64,000 nt of DNA from Octopus vulgaris (taxonomy: Eukaryota). Positions 39,276-52,526 of the stretch are shown here, in pieces. The position numbers and the translations under genes are program-made. A model generated the notes under the pieces. It did not search any database. It worked only from the letters and a program-made list of their open reading frames with translations, and was not told the origin of the DNA. Within the stretch, counting starts at the first letter, position 1. Every line of letters starts with the position of its first letter. Location of the stretch: NCBI GenBank assembly GCA_951406725.2, contig OX597816.1, positions 152,024,001-152,088,000 on the forward strand, given 5' to 3'.

Positions 39276-41499
39276 CAAATTTGTTATGTGGAAAGCCTAA
39301 TTAACATCGGTATTAGTCCTGAGTTAGTATCGCTTATAGACATGCAATTTTAAAAAACTCAAAATCTATTGCAGTAGCAGAAGAAAATCGTCCAAAGGCG
39401 GTGGTGGCATTGCTAATACTGATATTGTAAATAGACTAAAATAACATGGTCTTATATTTCATTTGAGAAGAATTTAAACCTTGAGACCTCTTTAATGCTG
39501 AATTATCAACATTTACCACGACCTTACCAAGCAACCTGTGGTCTTTGTTTTTCATAACAACTATTTTCTTAAGTTTCGATTAATGCTTCAAATTTTCCCC
39601 GAGTGATCCATCAAATTGTTTTAGCCTGAGATCACACTTTTCTAATTTTTGATTTATTTAAATCCATTCAGAAATTCTGAGATATTTACCTGACAACCAC
39701 TGTCAATTTGCATTCTAATGTTAACATAATTTAGTTTAACGTTAATCATAGCAGTGACTTTTATTCCAGTTTCTTAAACACTTAAAGAATTTCCGTTTCT
39801 AATTTCTTCAAGTATTCTTGAAAATTTCCATACTGCTTTAAAGTGATTCTGTTTTTTTTTTCGTCAAAAGTGATATTTAAAATCACATTTGTATTTGCTT
39901 CCATCAACATGCGTCACATTGATAACATTAAAATTTTTGTTTCATTTTATTTATCGTTTTTTTTTTAATTGCTCGCAATCAAGAAATCGTATTGAGCTGT
40001 TGCATGAATTCAATACATGCTTAGCGCTGGATCATCTGAATAAAGATATTCTAATTCTTTCATACGATGCTCTGTTATCTTTGCGTGTCATCTTTGGGTT
40101 TCATTTAAATCATGATCTTCAACCCTCTATTCTTTTGTTCCAATTTTATAAAATTTGCTACAGCAAATAACCTTAAAAAGATTCAGTTTGACATTGATAT
40201 TAGGATAAATATTTCAACAATTATCATTTTCTTTTATGGATGAACTGATGGCATTAGCACAGATCTTCTAATTGCTAAAGTTCCTTGTTTCAAGTTCTAT
40301 ACAGAGAAATGTACTTACAACAACCCACTCTCTTTATACAATGCACTATTAACACTCCTACAGTTACTATAAATACATCCCTTACAATCTTTGATGATAG
40401 TTTTATGTTCATAACATAGTGAAAACATCCTCCCAAAGGTTTAACCATACAATTGCCTAGGATCTGATATATCTCTGACTTCTTTTTAAGCTCGTGTATG
40501 GCACACATCAGCATAATTAAAGTGAGTTTAGTGCAGTTGATACATGCACAAACATACGTTTTAGTCTGCTTCTATAAAATGCCATTCATTTGATTAATAA
40601 ATCTTTCTTCACCAACACACTACAACCATTAGCATACAAGGGACATTCTACATGGTCACTCAGCCTGTTAGGAATAACACTCAAATATCCCTCAAATCAC
40701 AGCCTACCTACATAAATGTTGTATTAGAATATATAGTCCCGCATACTTGATGGTCATGGCTAGAATGTCTTTTATTATAGATTAAATCAGTCAGAGTTGA
40801 CCTGGAGTTCTTCCATATGTATACCTAGGATTACTGCAACAGTTCTGCTCTTCCTGTTTCTCTGAACCACCATTCTATGAGCTACTTCTGTTCTATGAGC
40901 TACATTCTATGCAGAAATCTCAGTGGACTAAAGTCCATAAAAGGGTGATTTGGCCGATACATTTGATGGGGCGGAAAACCAAAAAGGGGCCCATGAATAT
41001 CTAATAGGGCCCTCCCTAAACTTATAAAAAATCTCCTGGCACCCTTGATTTAGAGGAACACCCTCCTTCTTCGTGAAAAGGAAATGTAAGGAGTCTTGTA
41101 CTGCATGCAAAATTTCTGTCAGAGGTCTTAAAATAGTTACAAAGGAAAGTGAATATTCCTTTTTAAAATGTTCATTTAGGTTTATCAAACAGTAAATCTC
41201 ACAAATTACAGGCCCATAACCTATCTGTCTATAATATATAAGATCTTGACCTAATATACAATTATCGCTGTATCATCGCGGGAGATAAACGATCGACTGA
41301 AAAAAGTCGTCTTCAGAAGACCAGAAGGAATGCTTCAAAAGCTCATATGGTTATAAAAATCAATTACTGATTAACAAAGCCAAAATCGAAGATTGTAGAT
41401 GGAGGAAGAACATTATAGGCATGTCATAGAAAGAACGCATGAGTAAGACAATACCAATAACAGGTAGGTACATTAAATATATCATTATTAAATGACCAA

Positions 41500-42990
41500 C
41501 GAACAAAAGGAGAAACTATAAAATCTTACTCCAGACCCCGTCCCTATTAGAAGACTTTTTCGAGAGACTAACTCTGCTTGGTGTTGACACTTTTAGCCAA
41601 CATCATAATTGTGACTGGATTTGGATTCAAATTCTATGGGAAGACACTCAACCATATTTTGTATTTGGGTAACCTTTCGGTTATTGTCTGCAATAAACAA
41701 CCGAAAAAATTGTTAAATACAATAGTATACAGTACATATTCACGGGAGAAATTGTTTTGAAATTTAGTTTAGATTTTTTTTTTTTAATGGTTAAGGTAAC
41801 TTTGAGAAGAGAACAATTCATGAAATATCCCTCATATCGTGGTATATAAAGAAGCAGAGCTAAGTGAATTAGAAGAAGCACAAACTTACAAATACTTAAA
41901 TATTAATGAACTACAGAGAACACATAAATGAAAGAAAGAAGCTGGAAAAAATATTGTGGACACATTTGATTAATACTTCAAACAGAGCTAGATTCAAAAT
42001 ATAAGAGAATATATATATATATATATATCAATAATTTAAGACCCATTATGCTAAACTATAGTTAGGTTGTCAAATGGAAGCTTAGTGAATGAACAAGACG
42101 AGAAAGGAAAACAAAAAATGTAATGACTGCATTTAGAACACACCATTGCTTAAAGATTACATTTATCACGTATACGGAAACGCGGGACTATGAAGATTTC
42201 TAATAAAAAGAAAAGGGAAGCTGGTACAAAATAGCCACAACGCACGAACAAACAAAAGTCTTTTTTCTGTCTTCCTCGAATGCAACAAATATAGAGACAG
42301 ACAATTGCGAGGAAAATAGAGAAACAACAACAGAGACAATAAAAACAACTAAAAGCTAAACTGAAAATGGGATTACAAAATGCCGTGCTTATAGGTAGGC
42401 AAGAAAATCCCCTGCATGGCCAGTAACTGACAAGGCGTAGGCGTGGCTGTGTGGTCAGAAAGTTGCTTTGCAACCACCTGATTTCGGGTTCAATCTCACT
42501 GTGCGCACCTTGAGCAAGTATCTTCTACTATAACCTGGACTGATCAATACTGAGTGAATTTGGTGAACGGAAATGGTGTGGAAGCCCATCGCGCGCATGT
42601 GTGTGTATGTGTGTGCGTGTGTATGTGTGTGCGCGTGTGTGTGAGTGCGTGAGTGTTTGTGTGTGTGTGTGTCTGTGCTCGTGCGCGTCTTTGTGTTTGT
42701 CCGCACCACCAACGCTTGACAACCGGTGCCGGTCTGTTTACGTTCCTGTAAGTTAGTGGTTCGGCAAGTACTGGAATCGATTATTCGACTTAACTCTTCG
42801 ATGCCCTAGTATGGCCGCAGTCCAATGAATGAAACAAGTAAAAGATAAATATCATTAATAAAAAAAAGTAGGACAGCAAAATCCGAGAATTAAAAAAATT
42901 CAGTACTGTTTGAGAAGAGCAGAATTCAAAGATGAATCCAAAAGATTTTTGATCATGACACAAGACCAAACTACCAATACCATATAAGGA
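41500..42990 (+). pseudogene. Old, heavily degraded R4/Dong RT region interrupted by a SINE
   Basis: GFKFYGKTLNHILYLGNL resembles GYKMFDKNINHLVYMDDL; later YKYL, TEL, QENPLHGQ and TQDQ remnants occur in the order seen in 52527-53996. Confidence 0.7.
42434..42848 (+). mobile_element. SINE family B, diverged
   Basis: Family match. Confidence 0.82.
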
Positions 42991-43754
42991 TATAGAACAC
43001 CATAAGTAACTATAAAAGGAAACTCAGTCTGTCAACGACCTAACACTAATGCCTGGCTCTTGTAATGCCTGTAGCAGAGTCCATTCAAGAATGTGAACCA
43101 GATCACCCATGTGAATAAAATTCAATATTAGATGTGCTACTTCCTATTGCATACACCAATTGTTACTTCTTGCTTACGCAGCTACCCCACCCCCTACCAG
43201 TTTAGAAGATCTTGAAAATGATTATGGGTGCTGCTCTTTCTCCTTTGGCTCATTCATAAGAAATATGGGAAAACCGGTAATAGTATACAAAGCACATACA
43301 ACCTTAAACCTAACACAGTAATAATAATATGGAAGCAAGATTAATGCCATCATATATAGATGAATACAGTAGCTTAAAACAAATGACGGAAAAAATTAAA
43401 CAGCAGCTTGGAGAGATAAAGTTTATATACATTTAAGACGGACAAACCAGCAAAATATTATACACTATAAAGCATAGCATAATCAAACAAGTTAATTGTA
43501 AACAAAATCGAACACACATACATAGGGTATGAGTGGTGTTAGTTCGTGGAAAAAAATTCAAATGTGAATTAGAAGCAGCTCGAAGTATATAAACAAAATC
43601 GAACACGCATACACAAGATATGTGTGTTGTTAGTTTGTGCGTCAGCTGCGGTTTTTAGGCGTAAGAGAAAATAGTCTCAATGCGCCTGATGTAAAAACAC
43701 ACCTGAAAGTAAGTCACAGTCAAGCGAGTCAACTCACTTAAGTCCCTTCTCAGA

Positions 43755-43801
43755 GCGACAGACGTCAATGTTTCATCATTGCTGCGACTTATCAATGTCG
43801 C
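43755..43801 (-). ncRNA. Type I hammerhead with U3-A8 pair
   Basis: GCGACA-UUGAUAA-GUCG-cagcaa-UGAU-GAAA-CAUUGACG-UC-UGUCGC. Perfect 6-bp stem I, stem II with GU pairs, GUC site. Confidence 0.72.
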
Positions 43802-44269
43802 ATACCGAACAAGGCCCACTGCAAGCCATATTGCCGATTATAACTATATACTAAATGGTTCAGACACCATCTACCGGCATGTCCAGCCAGAGAGAAACAA
43901 CTTCAAAAAATCCTCAATTGGAAAAGATTCAACGGGAGATAAATTGTAAGAAAGCTTAAAGTTCAATACAAACAGGATATAAAACAATAAACTAAACGCT
44001 GACATTTAAAGCATTGAGTGACTTGAGAAATGAACCAAGTAACTGAAACGAAATTAAATGTTTCAAGAAGATAAACGAAGTCGTTATAAAAAAAATGTTA
44101 AACGAAGTCTTTCCAAAAAAAAAAAATGATACAGTAACAGTAGAAAATCTACTAAACAAAAAAAAATTGGGGGGAAGACATGGGAAAACGTTTATGGCGG
44201 AGATGAATATAGGAAAGAAAAAAAACTTTAAAAAATGCAAAAGAAAAATTAAATCACGTGAGGCTAAAA

Positions 44270-45115
44270 ATGGGAAAACATCATGACAGAAGGCTTAATG
44301 AAAGTCATGGGAGAAAATTACCTGGAGTAGACAAAATCCAATATTTATGGATACCACATCAACATGTTTAACACCTGTGTATGGTTAAATGCGTTAATAA
44401 AATAATAAGGTAGCCATTTCACATAGCAGAGTTGAGAGATTGACGGAAAGGAAAATAATTCTCCTATAAAACACCAAAGAAGCGGAGGATCCTAAGAACC
44501 AAAGACTAATCACATACCTAACTCCAATAAAACCATAATTCTGACATTAAGTTACACGGCATTTCAACATCACCAACAGAAACAATCTAACTGGAAAACA
44601 GAAGAATTACAAGAAAGAGCTCATATGGATGTAATGCAATATTAGAAGAATGTAAGGCGGTGAGCTGACAGAATAGCACGTCGAGCCAATTGCTTAGCGA
44701 CATTTCGTCCTCAGACACTATGCTCTGAGTAAGATTCCTCCGATGTCGACTTTGCTTTTCATCCTTGTAGGGTCGATAAAATAAGTACCAGTAGAACACT
44801 GGGGTTGATGTAATCGAATTGTGCCCTCCCTCAAAATTGCGGTCCTGGTGTCGACATTTTAAATCTACATTAGAAGATTTAGCACGCCGGGCAAAATGCT
44901 TAGCAGTATTTCATCTGTCTTTACCTTCTGACTTCAAATTCCGCCGAGGTCAGCTTTGTTTTTCATCCTTTCGGGGTCGATAAAATCAGTACCAGTTGAG
45001 TACTAGGGTTGATGTAATCGACTTACGTCTTCCCTAAAAAATGCTGGCATTGTGCCGAAATTTGAAATCAGTATTAAAAGATTGTGGACAGAAGCAGAAC
45101 TTAGATATTGCATCT
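44270..45115 (+). pseudogene. Degraded R4/Dong RT N-terminal part, split by two family A SINEs
   Basis: PGVDKI, EDPKN and SSYGC remnants; ILEEC before the SINEs and LKDCGQKQNLDIA after them, compared with ILEDCHKRHKNLSIA in the young copy. Confidence 0.62.
44655..45070 (+). mobile_element. Two tandem family A SINEs (44655-44865, 44879-45070)
   Basis: Two B-box/Meta-like cores. Confidence 0.88.
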
Positions 45116-45612
45116 AATATTATCATCTAACGGCACGGAGTGCATGAATAACTTGATGTTTGTAAGAGACTGAGGGTGGAGGTGTAGAAGAAAACACCGA
45201 AGCAAAAACACAAAAAAGAGTTTATCTAAAGATAAAGGAACACGCCCCAATGGATGTCGGAGTGTTTACACGCGACGTTCCAGAGCAATTTCAGAAGTTC
45301 CATCTTGTAAGAGGTGATCGGAGTGGAAGGTGGTCAAAGTCCTTTGGTGCCTTTATCTTACCTAGGTTAGGGTTTCCCTCCTATGTGGGAGATAATTATC
45401 TCTATTACATACGCGCGCGTGCGCACACACACGCGCATTCACACAAATACACACACATGCACACACGCACTCACCCACCCAACCACATCTACGCACAAAC
45501 ACACACAAATATATATGTGTACGTGTGTGTACATCATTACATGTTTTGTCAACTTTTTTGCGCGACACGTTTTGTATTTTATCTATAGGCTCCTATGGCT
45601 AATAAAGAAAAG

Positions 45613-45683
<71 letters not shown>

Positions 45684-45711
45684 TATGATGATAATAATAA
45701 TTATAATTATG

Positions 45712-45785
<74 letters not shown>
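45613..45785. repeat. (AAT)n microsatellite
   Basis: Direct reading. Confidence 0.98.
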
Positions 45786-46363
45786 CTTTTGGAAAAAAAA
45801 TTCCTTCTTCAAATATTCATTTCCTAAACCAAATCAAAACATTTCCTTCGCCAACTCAATGTAGGTTTGTTGTTTTTCAAGCAATTACATTTTTTCTGAA
45901 TATTTTATTTGCCGTATTTCAGATTTAATAGAAAATACAATTCTGAATAAGATTTTGATTAAGGGTTTATATGGAAAACAAAATACTGGATTTTACGTGA
46001 TCATAGCTAGCTTTATTTATAATCAAAATAATTTCCGTATGCATATTTAGTTGGATTTCCAAAAAAGGTAAATCTGATTTGGATTTCTGCAAAGTTGAGA
46101 TGATCATATTGCCAATAAAAAGACATACTGGCCCAAGAAAAATTTCTCCTGAATTAATTAACAACAGAACTAAAACTGAAATGAACTACAACGTGTACAT
46201 ATGTTTATTAGCTGTGTGACCCTCTGAAAGTACAACAATATCAGTTTTAACGATTTCAAGTCAAAGTTCTTGCAAAAACAAAACAAAATTGAAAACGAAA
46301 TAGTACTACAACACGTTTTATATAAAATGTCCTTATGTTAATGGAACGTTGCCAATTCATAAG

Positions 46364-47699
46364 CAGTGGCGGCTCGTGTATAGGCACTGTGGAACTGCAG
46401 CACCCCCTATTTCCACTCGATATTATCGATAACATCTAATATGATGAGTACTTTTTTCTTTAATTCTTTCTTTGTACATGTACATTATATACTGCTTAAA
46501 CTTAATGCCAGTAGCCATTCCCTAGTTTATGAAAACGCACGAAACTCCTTGTATAGAACTGTGCACTTCACAGTGTCTGGCTATTGTGCGCATGCTCACA
46601 TGTTCGAGATAGAAAGCTACACGCTAGGGAGAGAGAGCAGTGTGGTTCACGCAGTGCCGACCTTGGAGTGCTGGTGAAAGGTAGTATTTCTATTTGACTC
46701 CGCGTGTAGTGTGCTTAAAAACGTTTTTATATCCTTGAATGTAATAAAGTGTAGAATTAGATTATTATTCTGCTTCCAGCTACAGTGTTGTTGCCAGGAT
46801 TTGAAAAATAGGGCAGATTTTCCCCCCCTTATTTTGTGATTTAGGTGGAATTTTTGAAAAACAAGGGGAATTCGCGGTGGTGTCCAGTGAAGAAGTAAAA
46901 CACACTACACAACAGTGTCTAAAACGCGAAACGATCAATTTTATGTATAAATATTCTTTTTATGTTTGTTTCCTTTTACACAATATTAAAACAGGGGAAG
47001 ACGGCGAGCTGGCAGAAATATCAGCACGCCGGGCGAAATGCTTAGCGGTGTTTCATCTGTCTTTACGTTCCGAGTTCAAATTCCACCGAGGTCGACTTTG
47101 CGTTTCATCCTTTCCTGGTCGATAAATTAAATACCAGTTGCGAACTAGGGTTGATCTAATCGACTGGCCCCTTCCCCAAAATTATCGGGCCTTGTGCCTA
47201 GAGTAGAAAGGAATATTTAAACAACAGAAGGCGGTGAGCTGGCAGAATCGTTAGCACGCTGGACGAAATGCTTAGCGGTATTTCGTCTGCCGCTACGTTC
47301 TGAGTTCAAATTCCGCCGAGGTCGACTTTGATTTTCATCGTTTCGGGGTCGATTAAATAAGTACCAGTTACGCACTGGGGTCGATATAATCGACTTAATC
47401 CGTTTGTCTGCTCTTGTTTGTCCTCTCTGTGTTTAGCCCTTTGTGGGTAGTAAAGAAATACGTATTTCATCTGCCGCTACGTTCTGAGTTCATATTCCGC
47501 CGAGGTCGACTTTACCTTTCATCCTTTCGGGGTTGATAAATTAAGTACCAGTTGTGTACTGGGGTCGATCTAATCGACTGGCCTCCTCCTCTAAAATTTC
47601 GAGCCTTGTGCCTAGAGTAGAAAAAAAAGAATATTAAAACAACGGCTAAAAATTTTCTGAAGCGGCACCCCAACTAATTTGATCTACGAGCCGCCACTG
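46364..47699. mobile_element. Non-autonomous hAT element containing nested SINEs
   Basis: TIRs cagtggcggctcgt / acgagccgccactg; degenerate 8-bp TSD ttcataag / ctcacaag. Confidence 0.88.
46997..47629 (+). mobile_element. Family A SINE monomer (46997-47211) followed by dimeric form (47227-47629)
   Basis: Family match; the dimer has the same architecture as 4796-5193. Confidence 0.92.
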
Positions 47700-47811
47700 C
47701 TCACAAGACACTACAAGGTCATCAGTGTTATCTTTTTGATATGTGGAAAGAACGACGAAACCATCCTCTGTGCACTTGTTCACTGTTCACGAGATCAGAT
47801 TGTGGATCTTT

Positions 47812-48059
47812 CATTTGCTTCAGTCATTTAACTGCGGCCATGCTGGAACACAACCTTAAAAGGTTTTAGTGGAATAAATCGACCTCAGCACTTATTCTTT
47901 GTAAGTCTAGTACTTATTCTATCGATCTCTTATGCCGAACCGTAAACTTACGGGGACGTAAACACCAACATTGGTTGTCAAGCAAAGGTCGGGGGCGACA
48001 AGCACAGACACAAATACACACGCACACATGAATATATACATACACACACATATATACAC

Positions 48060-48090
<31 letters not shown>

Positions 48091-48236
48091 TACATACAAC
48101 GGGCTTCTTTCAGTTTCCGTCTACCAAATCCATTCTCAAGGCTATAGTAGAAGACACTTGCCCAAGGTGCCACGCAGTGGGACTGAACCCGGAACGATGT
48201 GGTTGGGAAGCAAGCTTCTTACATAGCAGCCACGAC
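47812..48236 (-). mobile_element. SINE family B
   Basis: Reverse-complement family match. Confidence 0.88.
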
Positions 48237-48376
48237 CGGTGATGGTAGAGAGAGAGAAGTTTCCTCTAATAAGTTTATTTCATGAAATGTCTGTGACAAT
48301 GGCAAATATAATTCGATTTTTGCCTAGAGATTAAACTGGAAGAAGGTACTGTAACTGGACAAGTGTGTGTGTGTGT

Positions 48377-48425
<49 letters not shown>

Positions 48426-49329
48426 GGAGAGAGAGAGAGAGAGAGAGAAATGCTACGTTCTGTGTGTTGTTTATGCATATAAGTTCTGGTTTACATTTTT
48501 GTATTTGTCGTCATGTCTTTTTATTCTTCTCTTGGTATCTATCATTATTGTTTCTATATCCATATCTTGTTATTTCGCTATTATTCTATTTCTTTCGGAA
48601 ACATATATTGGCGTCCAGGAACTGAATCACCGTTTCCATCTTATATTTCTTTTCCTGGTGATGTTTGTCGGTAATATCCGGGCCATCTTTCGCAATATTC
48701 CTGCCTGTGTGAATCGGTATAACGGTCACGTTGCTATTATCAGAGACCGCGTGAGGCGTGTGTTTGTACCATCTCTTATGGGTGCGTAGTCCATAACGTA
48801 TGAAACTTGAAACTCTATCATGTCAATTTACATTATTGCTTTTGGTCTGAACACAGTACAAAGGATAATATTTTTGTCACAGCATCCACATATTCTGCAA
48901 TTATTTTTTTATAATCTACTTCATTATATATTTTGGGGTGTTGTAGCAAATCTTTGGTCTTATGCCGTGAATAAACACGGCTTTGAATTCTGTAAAGCGT
49001 TACGCTTCCTCTCTGTCTGTGTGTTACTATACTCTTTGTACTGATAACTCTGCAATCAAATGTTCACTGTGCAATGAGGAATTTACTTAAAAACATCTCA
49101 TTTACCTTAACATTAACCAATTTTCTTTCACTTCTTTTATACATTTCAGCCACGCGGTTGCGATCATGCTGGAACACCACCGTGGCTTTATAACCTTTCA
49201 ACAGTTCCCTTATGTGGTTGATTTTCTCACGGTGACGGGATTTCATATCACCACTCTTGCGTGTGCTTTTTTTTCTGGTTGTTGGCTCATTTGGTGTATG
49301 TAGGAGTTTGACACCGCCGCACGCATCTG

Positions 49330-50052
49330 TACCTCTAGCTGTTACGTTGATACATTTGGTATCATTGATAGGAGAATGTCTAGTTCCTCTTTGACAGAAC
49401 TTTAAATAGCCGTGAGCCTTTGAATCTTAAGCTATTATAGTACCTTGTCCCCACTTTTGACCGAGGGAACAGTACCGTTAATACTGCATAACTCTTGATG
49501 CCAAAGTTATCTACTAACCCTTCCAGAATTTTCTACACGTAAATTATTACATATCTCTTGCATCTCCGGTCCAGAGAATAAAGTTGTAGATTTTTCAACT
49601 TTTCCCAGTAGTTCATCTGCTGCACTGTGGCAATAATTTTAGTGCATCGCTCCATGCTCCGCTATTAGTTTGCCACAATGCGGTGACCACGGCTGAGAAT
49701 AGTAGTCTAGACGGCTAATAACAAAGGTTTCCACAGGGTCGACCTGACTTCTTTATTCTCTTGTCCTGAAGGACTTCGGCACCCACCCTGCGAATTATCT
49801 ACACTTTGTTGCCAAGTTGGTAATGTACACGAAATGATGCGTCATTAAATACAATGATCCCTAGATCTCTCACTGTCTGTGACTCTAAGGCTGCAGTGCC
49901 TTCGGGTCCCGTATTTGCAGGCTATGATGCATTTGTGAGCTGATAGCACAGTGCTTGAAATTTTCATGAATTAAACAGCTTGTTGATTTGTTCAATCCAC
50001 TTGTATATTGCATTTAGGTCCCACTGCAAATTTGTGATATCGTCGGGGCATA
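49330..50052 (-). pseudogene. CR1/Jockey-group LINE RT C-terminal remnant
   Basis: Minus-strand DDITNLQWDLNAIYKWIEQINKLFNS*KFQALCY...VRDLGIIV...SFR, which is not in the ORF track. Confidence 0.78.
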
Positions 50053-50054
50053 AT

Positions 50055-51530
50055 GATGAAGCTGAGTGGCTGCATGAAATACAAGATAGGTTAAGAAATA
50101 TAGAAGTTCAAGAAGACATAAAGGTAACTACAGAAATGATAAAAATGTAGTTAAGAAAATTTTCAAACTGGAAGAGCCCAGGACTCGATGGGTTCCAAGG
50201 GTATTGGAGGAAGAAGTTGAGAGGGATCCATGAAAGGATAGCACAACAGATAGATGAGTGCTTGCAGGAAGGCGCAGTACCCAGCTGAATGACAAAGGGG
50301 AAGACATTGTTATGTGCCAAGCATCCAACTTGAGACCAATAACATGCTTTCCGCTAATGTGGAAACTAATGTTAGGTGCTTTGGTCGGTGAACTGCAAAG
50401 ATACTTGGAAAAAATTGGGCTGCTACCCAGTGAATAGAAAGGGTGCCGGCCGAAAAAGGTGCCGGAGAACGAAAGATCAGCTCTTAATTGATAATCTAAT
50501 TACCAGGAACTGTAAGAGAAGACATACAAACCTGAGCATGGCATGGTTTGACTATCGCAAAGCTCTTTCAGACGATAACAATAACAACAACAACAATAAT
50601 AATAATAAATCCTTAATGAAAGTATGAAATATTGGAATACTGAATTGATCGGAGGAAAATAAAAAGTGAGCATCAAACATGGAACATCCAAGTTGATAGC
50701 TTTGCTTCTTTACTACTCGTATTGGCCATGACACCGCTCACTATGATACTACGAAAAGGTAAAATTGCTTACGATTTGGAAAAAAGAAATGGTCAGATAA
50801 ATCATTTTCTTTTCATGGATGATATAAAGGTTTATGCGAATACTGAGAAACAGTTTGAAAGTCTTGTACATACTGTCTGCATTTTCTCAAATGACGTAGG
50901 TATGGAATTTCGGGTCGAAAAGTGCGCTAGAAGAATGCCCCAAGTTGACACAGGAAGAATATAAGAAACGGAGGCACGATTAGGTTGTAAAAGTGTTACA
51001 TTGAAAACAGTGCCAGGAATGGGGATTTGAAGCTGGAAACACATGGTACAATCACCGAGTCGAAAGAGTACTGGAGTTGGAAAACTGTAAGATTTTGTGG
51101 GACCTCTCTAATCAAACAGACAAGAAGTTAGAAAATAATAGACTGGACATAACAATTGTAGATAAGGAAAATCGAAGTTGCTTACTTATCGATCCATTAT
51201 GCCCGTTTGATTCTAAAATCGTAAAATAAGAGGACAAAAAATATATAAAAAATACAATCCCTTAAAATTTGAAATAGGAATAATTTGGAGCATGAGAACA
51301 ATAAAGGTCGTCCCTATAATAATTGGTGCGTAAGTCAAGATGTAGACAAATGGCTGAAAGAGATTGGATTAGAATGCCTTGTAGAACTTCTACAGAAAGT
51401 TTGTCTTCTAGGGACAGCAAGGATTATCAGGAGGGTTCTAAGCACTTGAAAGATAGCTGAAAACTTGTGGATACCTAAAGTTACAGGTAGCAACCCGCTA
51501 CCCACACAAATTCTACCAGGAATACGACTC
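50055..51530 (+). pseudogene. Degraded, internally deleted R4/Dong element (RT + RLE)
   Basis: [70 protein letters not shown]. Confidence 0.88.
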
Positions 51531-51534
51531 AACC

Positions 51535-51742
51535 TGAGCCAGAATAATCAGGAAAGTATTAACTGAAAAGAACGGATAGCATGGTTCTGTAAGCTGCAGG
51601 TAGCAAGCCCGCGACGCATGCAAGACTCCAAACACCTTCAATACAGTAACCATCAGAGCATCACAACAAATCACAGCACATACCCAAGGCACACAGAGCT
51701 GTGCTCGGTAGTGAAGTGAAAGCACGCTATAAAATAAAACTA

Positions 51743-51816
<74 letters not shown>
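51535..51816 (+). mobile_element. Short R4/Dong-type 3' fragments ending in (TAA)n
   Basis: ARIIRKVL then a 3' UTR similar to 18000-18095; (TAA)n at 51746-51816. Confidence 0.7.
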
Positions 51817-51817
<1 letters not shown>

Positions 51818-51831
51818 TGTACAATGATGTT

Positions 51832-52494
51832 TTGCAACACCCTAGTAGGATGCCTCCCTGGCTAGTTAATGGGTTAACATTTCCAAAAAGTGAAGAAACA
51901 AATGAACCAAAAAACTATAGACCCATAACTTGCTTAACAACTATGTACAAAACACTAACATCTGTCCTGACGGAATATACCTATAGTTTTTTAACAGACA
52001 GCAGCATATTCCCTAATGAACAGAAAGGATGTAAACGTGGATCCTACGGCTGTAAAGACCAACTACTCATCAATAAGATGATCTTAGAAGATTGTCACAA
52101 ACGACACAAAAACTTATCAATAGCCTGGATAGACTATAAAAAGGCTTTTGATAGCCTACCACATAGCTGGATTAGGAAATGCCTTGAAATGTATAAGATA
52201 GCACCAACTCTGCGAAACTTCTTGACTGTAAGTATGAGATCATGGAGAACCACACTAACTCTGAACAGTGACAGTGAATCCCTAAATGCTGGTGATGTAA
52301 AAATTTCGTGTGGCATTTTCCAGGGTGACTCACTGTCACCACTCCTCTTTTGTTTATCCTTAATACCTCTCTCAAAGCTGCTCAATGACGCGCAGTACGG
52401 GTATAAAATGTTTGATAAAAATATAAATCATCTCGTTTACATGGATGATTTAAAGCTTTTGCAAAAAATGATCAACAACTCAAGGGCTTACTAG
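51832..52494 (+). CDS. R4/Dong reverse transcriptase (N-terminally truncated, first frame)
   Basis: NYRPITCL, EQKG, DQLLI, WIDYKKAFDS, GIFQGDSLSPLLF, HLVYMDDLKL. Confidence 0.92.
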   Translation: MQHPSRMPPWLVNGLTFPKSEETNEPKNYRPITCLTTMYKTLTSVLTEYTYSFLTDSSIFPNEQKGCKRGSYGCKDQLLINKMILEDCHKRHKNLSIAWIDYKKAFDSLPHSWIRKCLEMYKIAPTLRNFLTVSMRSWRTTLTLNSDSESLNAGDVKISCGIFQGDSLSPLLFCLSLIPLSKLLNDAQYGYKMFDKNINHLVYMDDLKLLQKMINNSRAY

Positions 52495-52526
52495 CGATAG
52501 TCAAACAATTCAGTGACGACATCAGA

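Noticed and set aside
48480-49060. Possible minus-strand GIY-YIG/PLE remnant (CRICGCC)
   Set aside because: Too degraded to support by eye.
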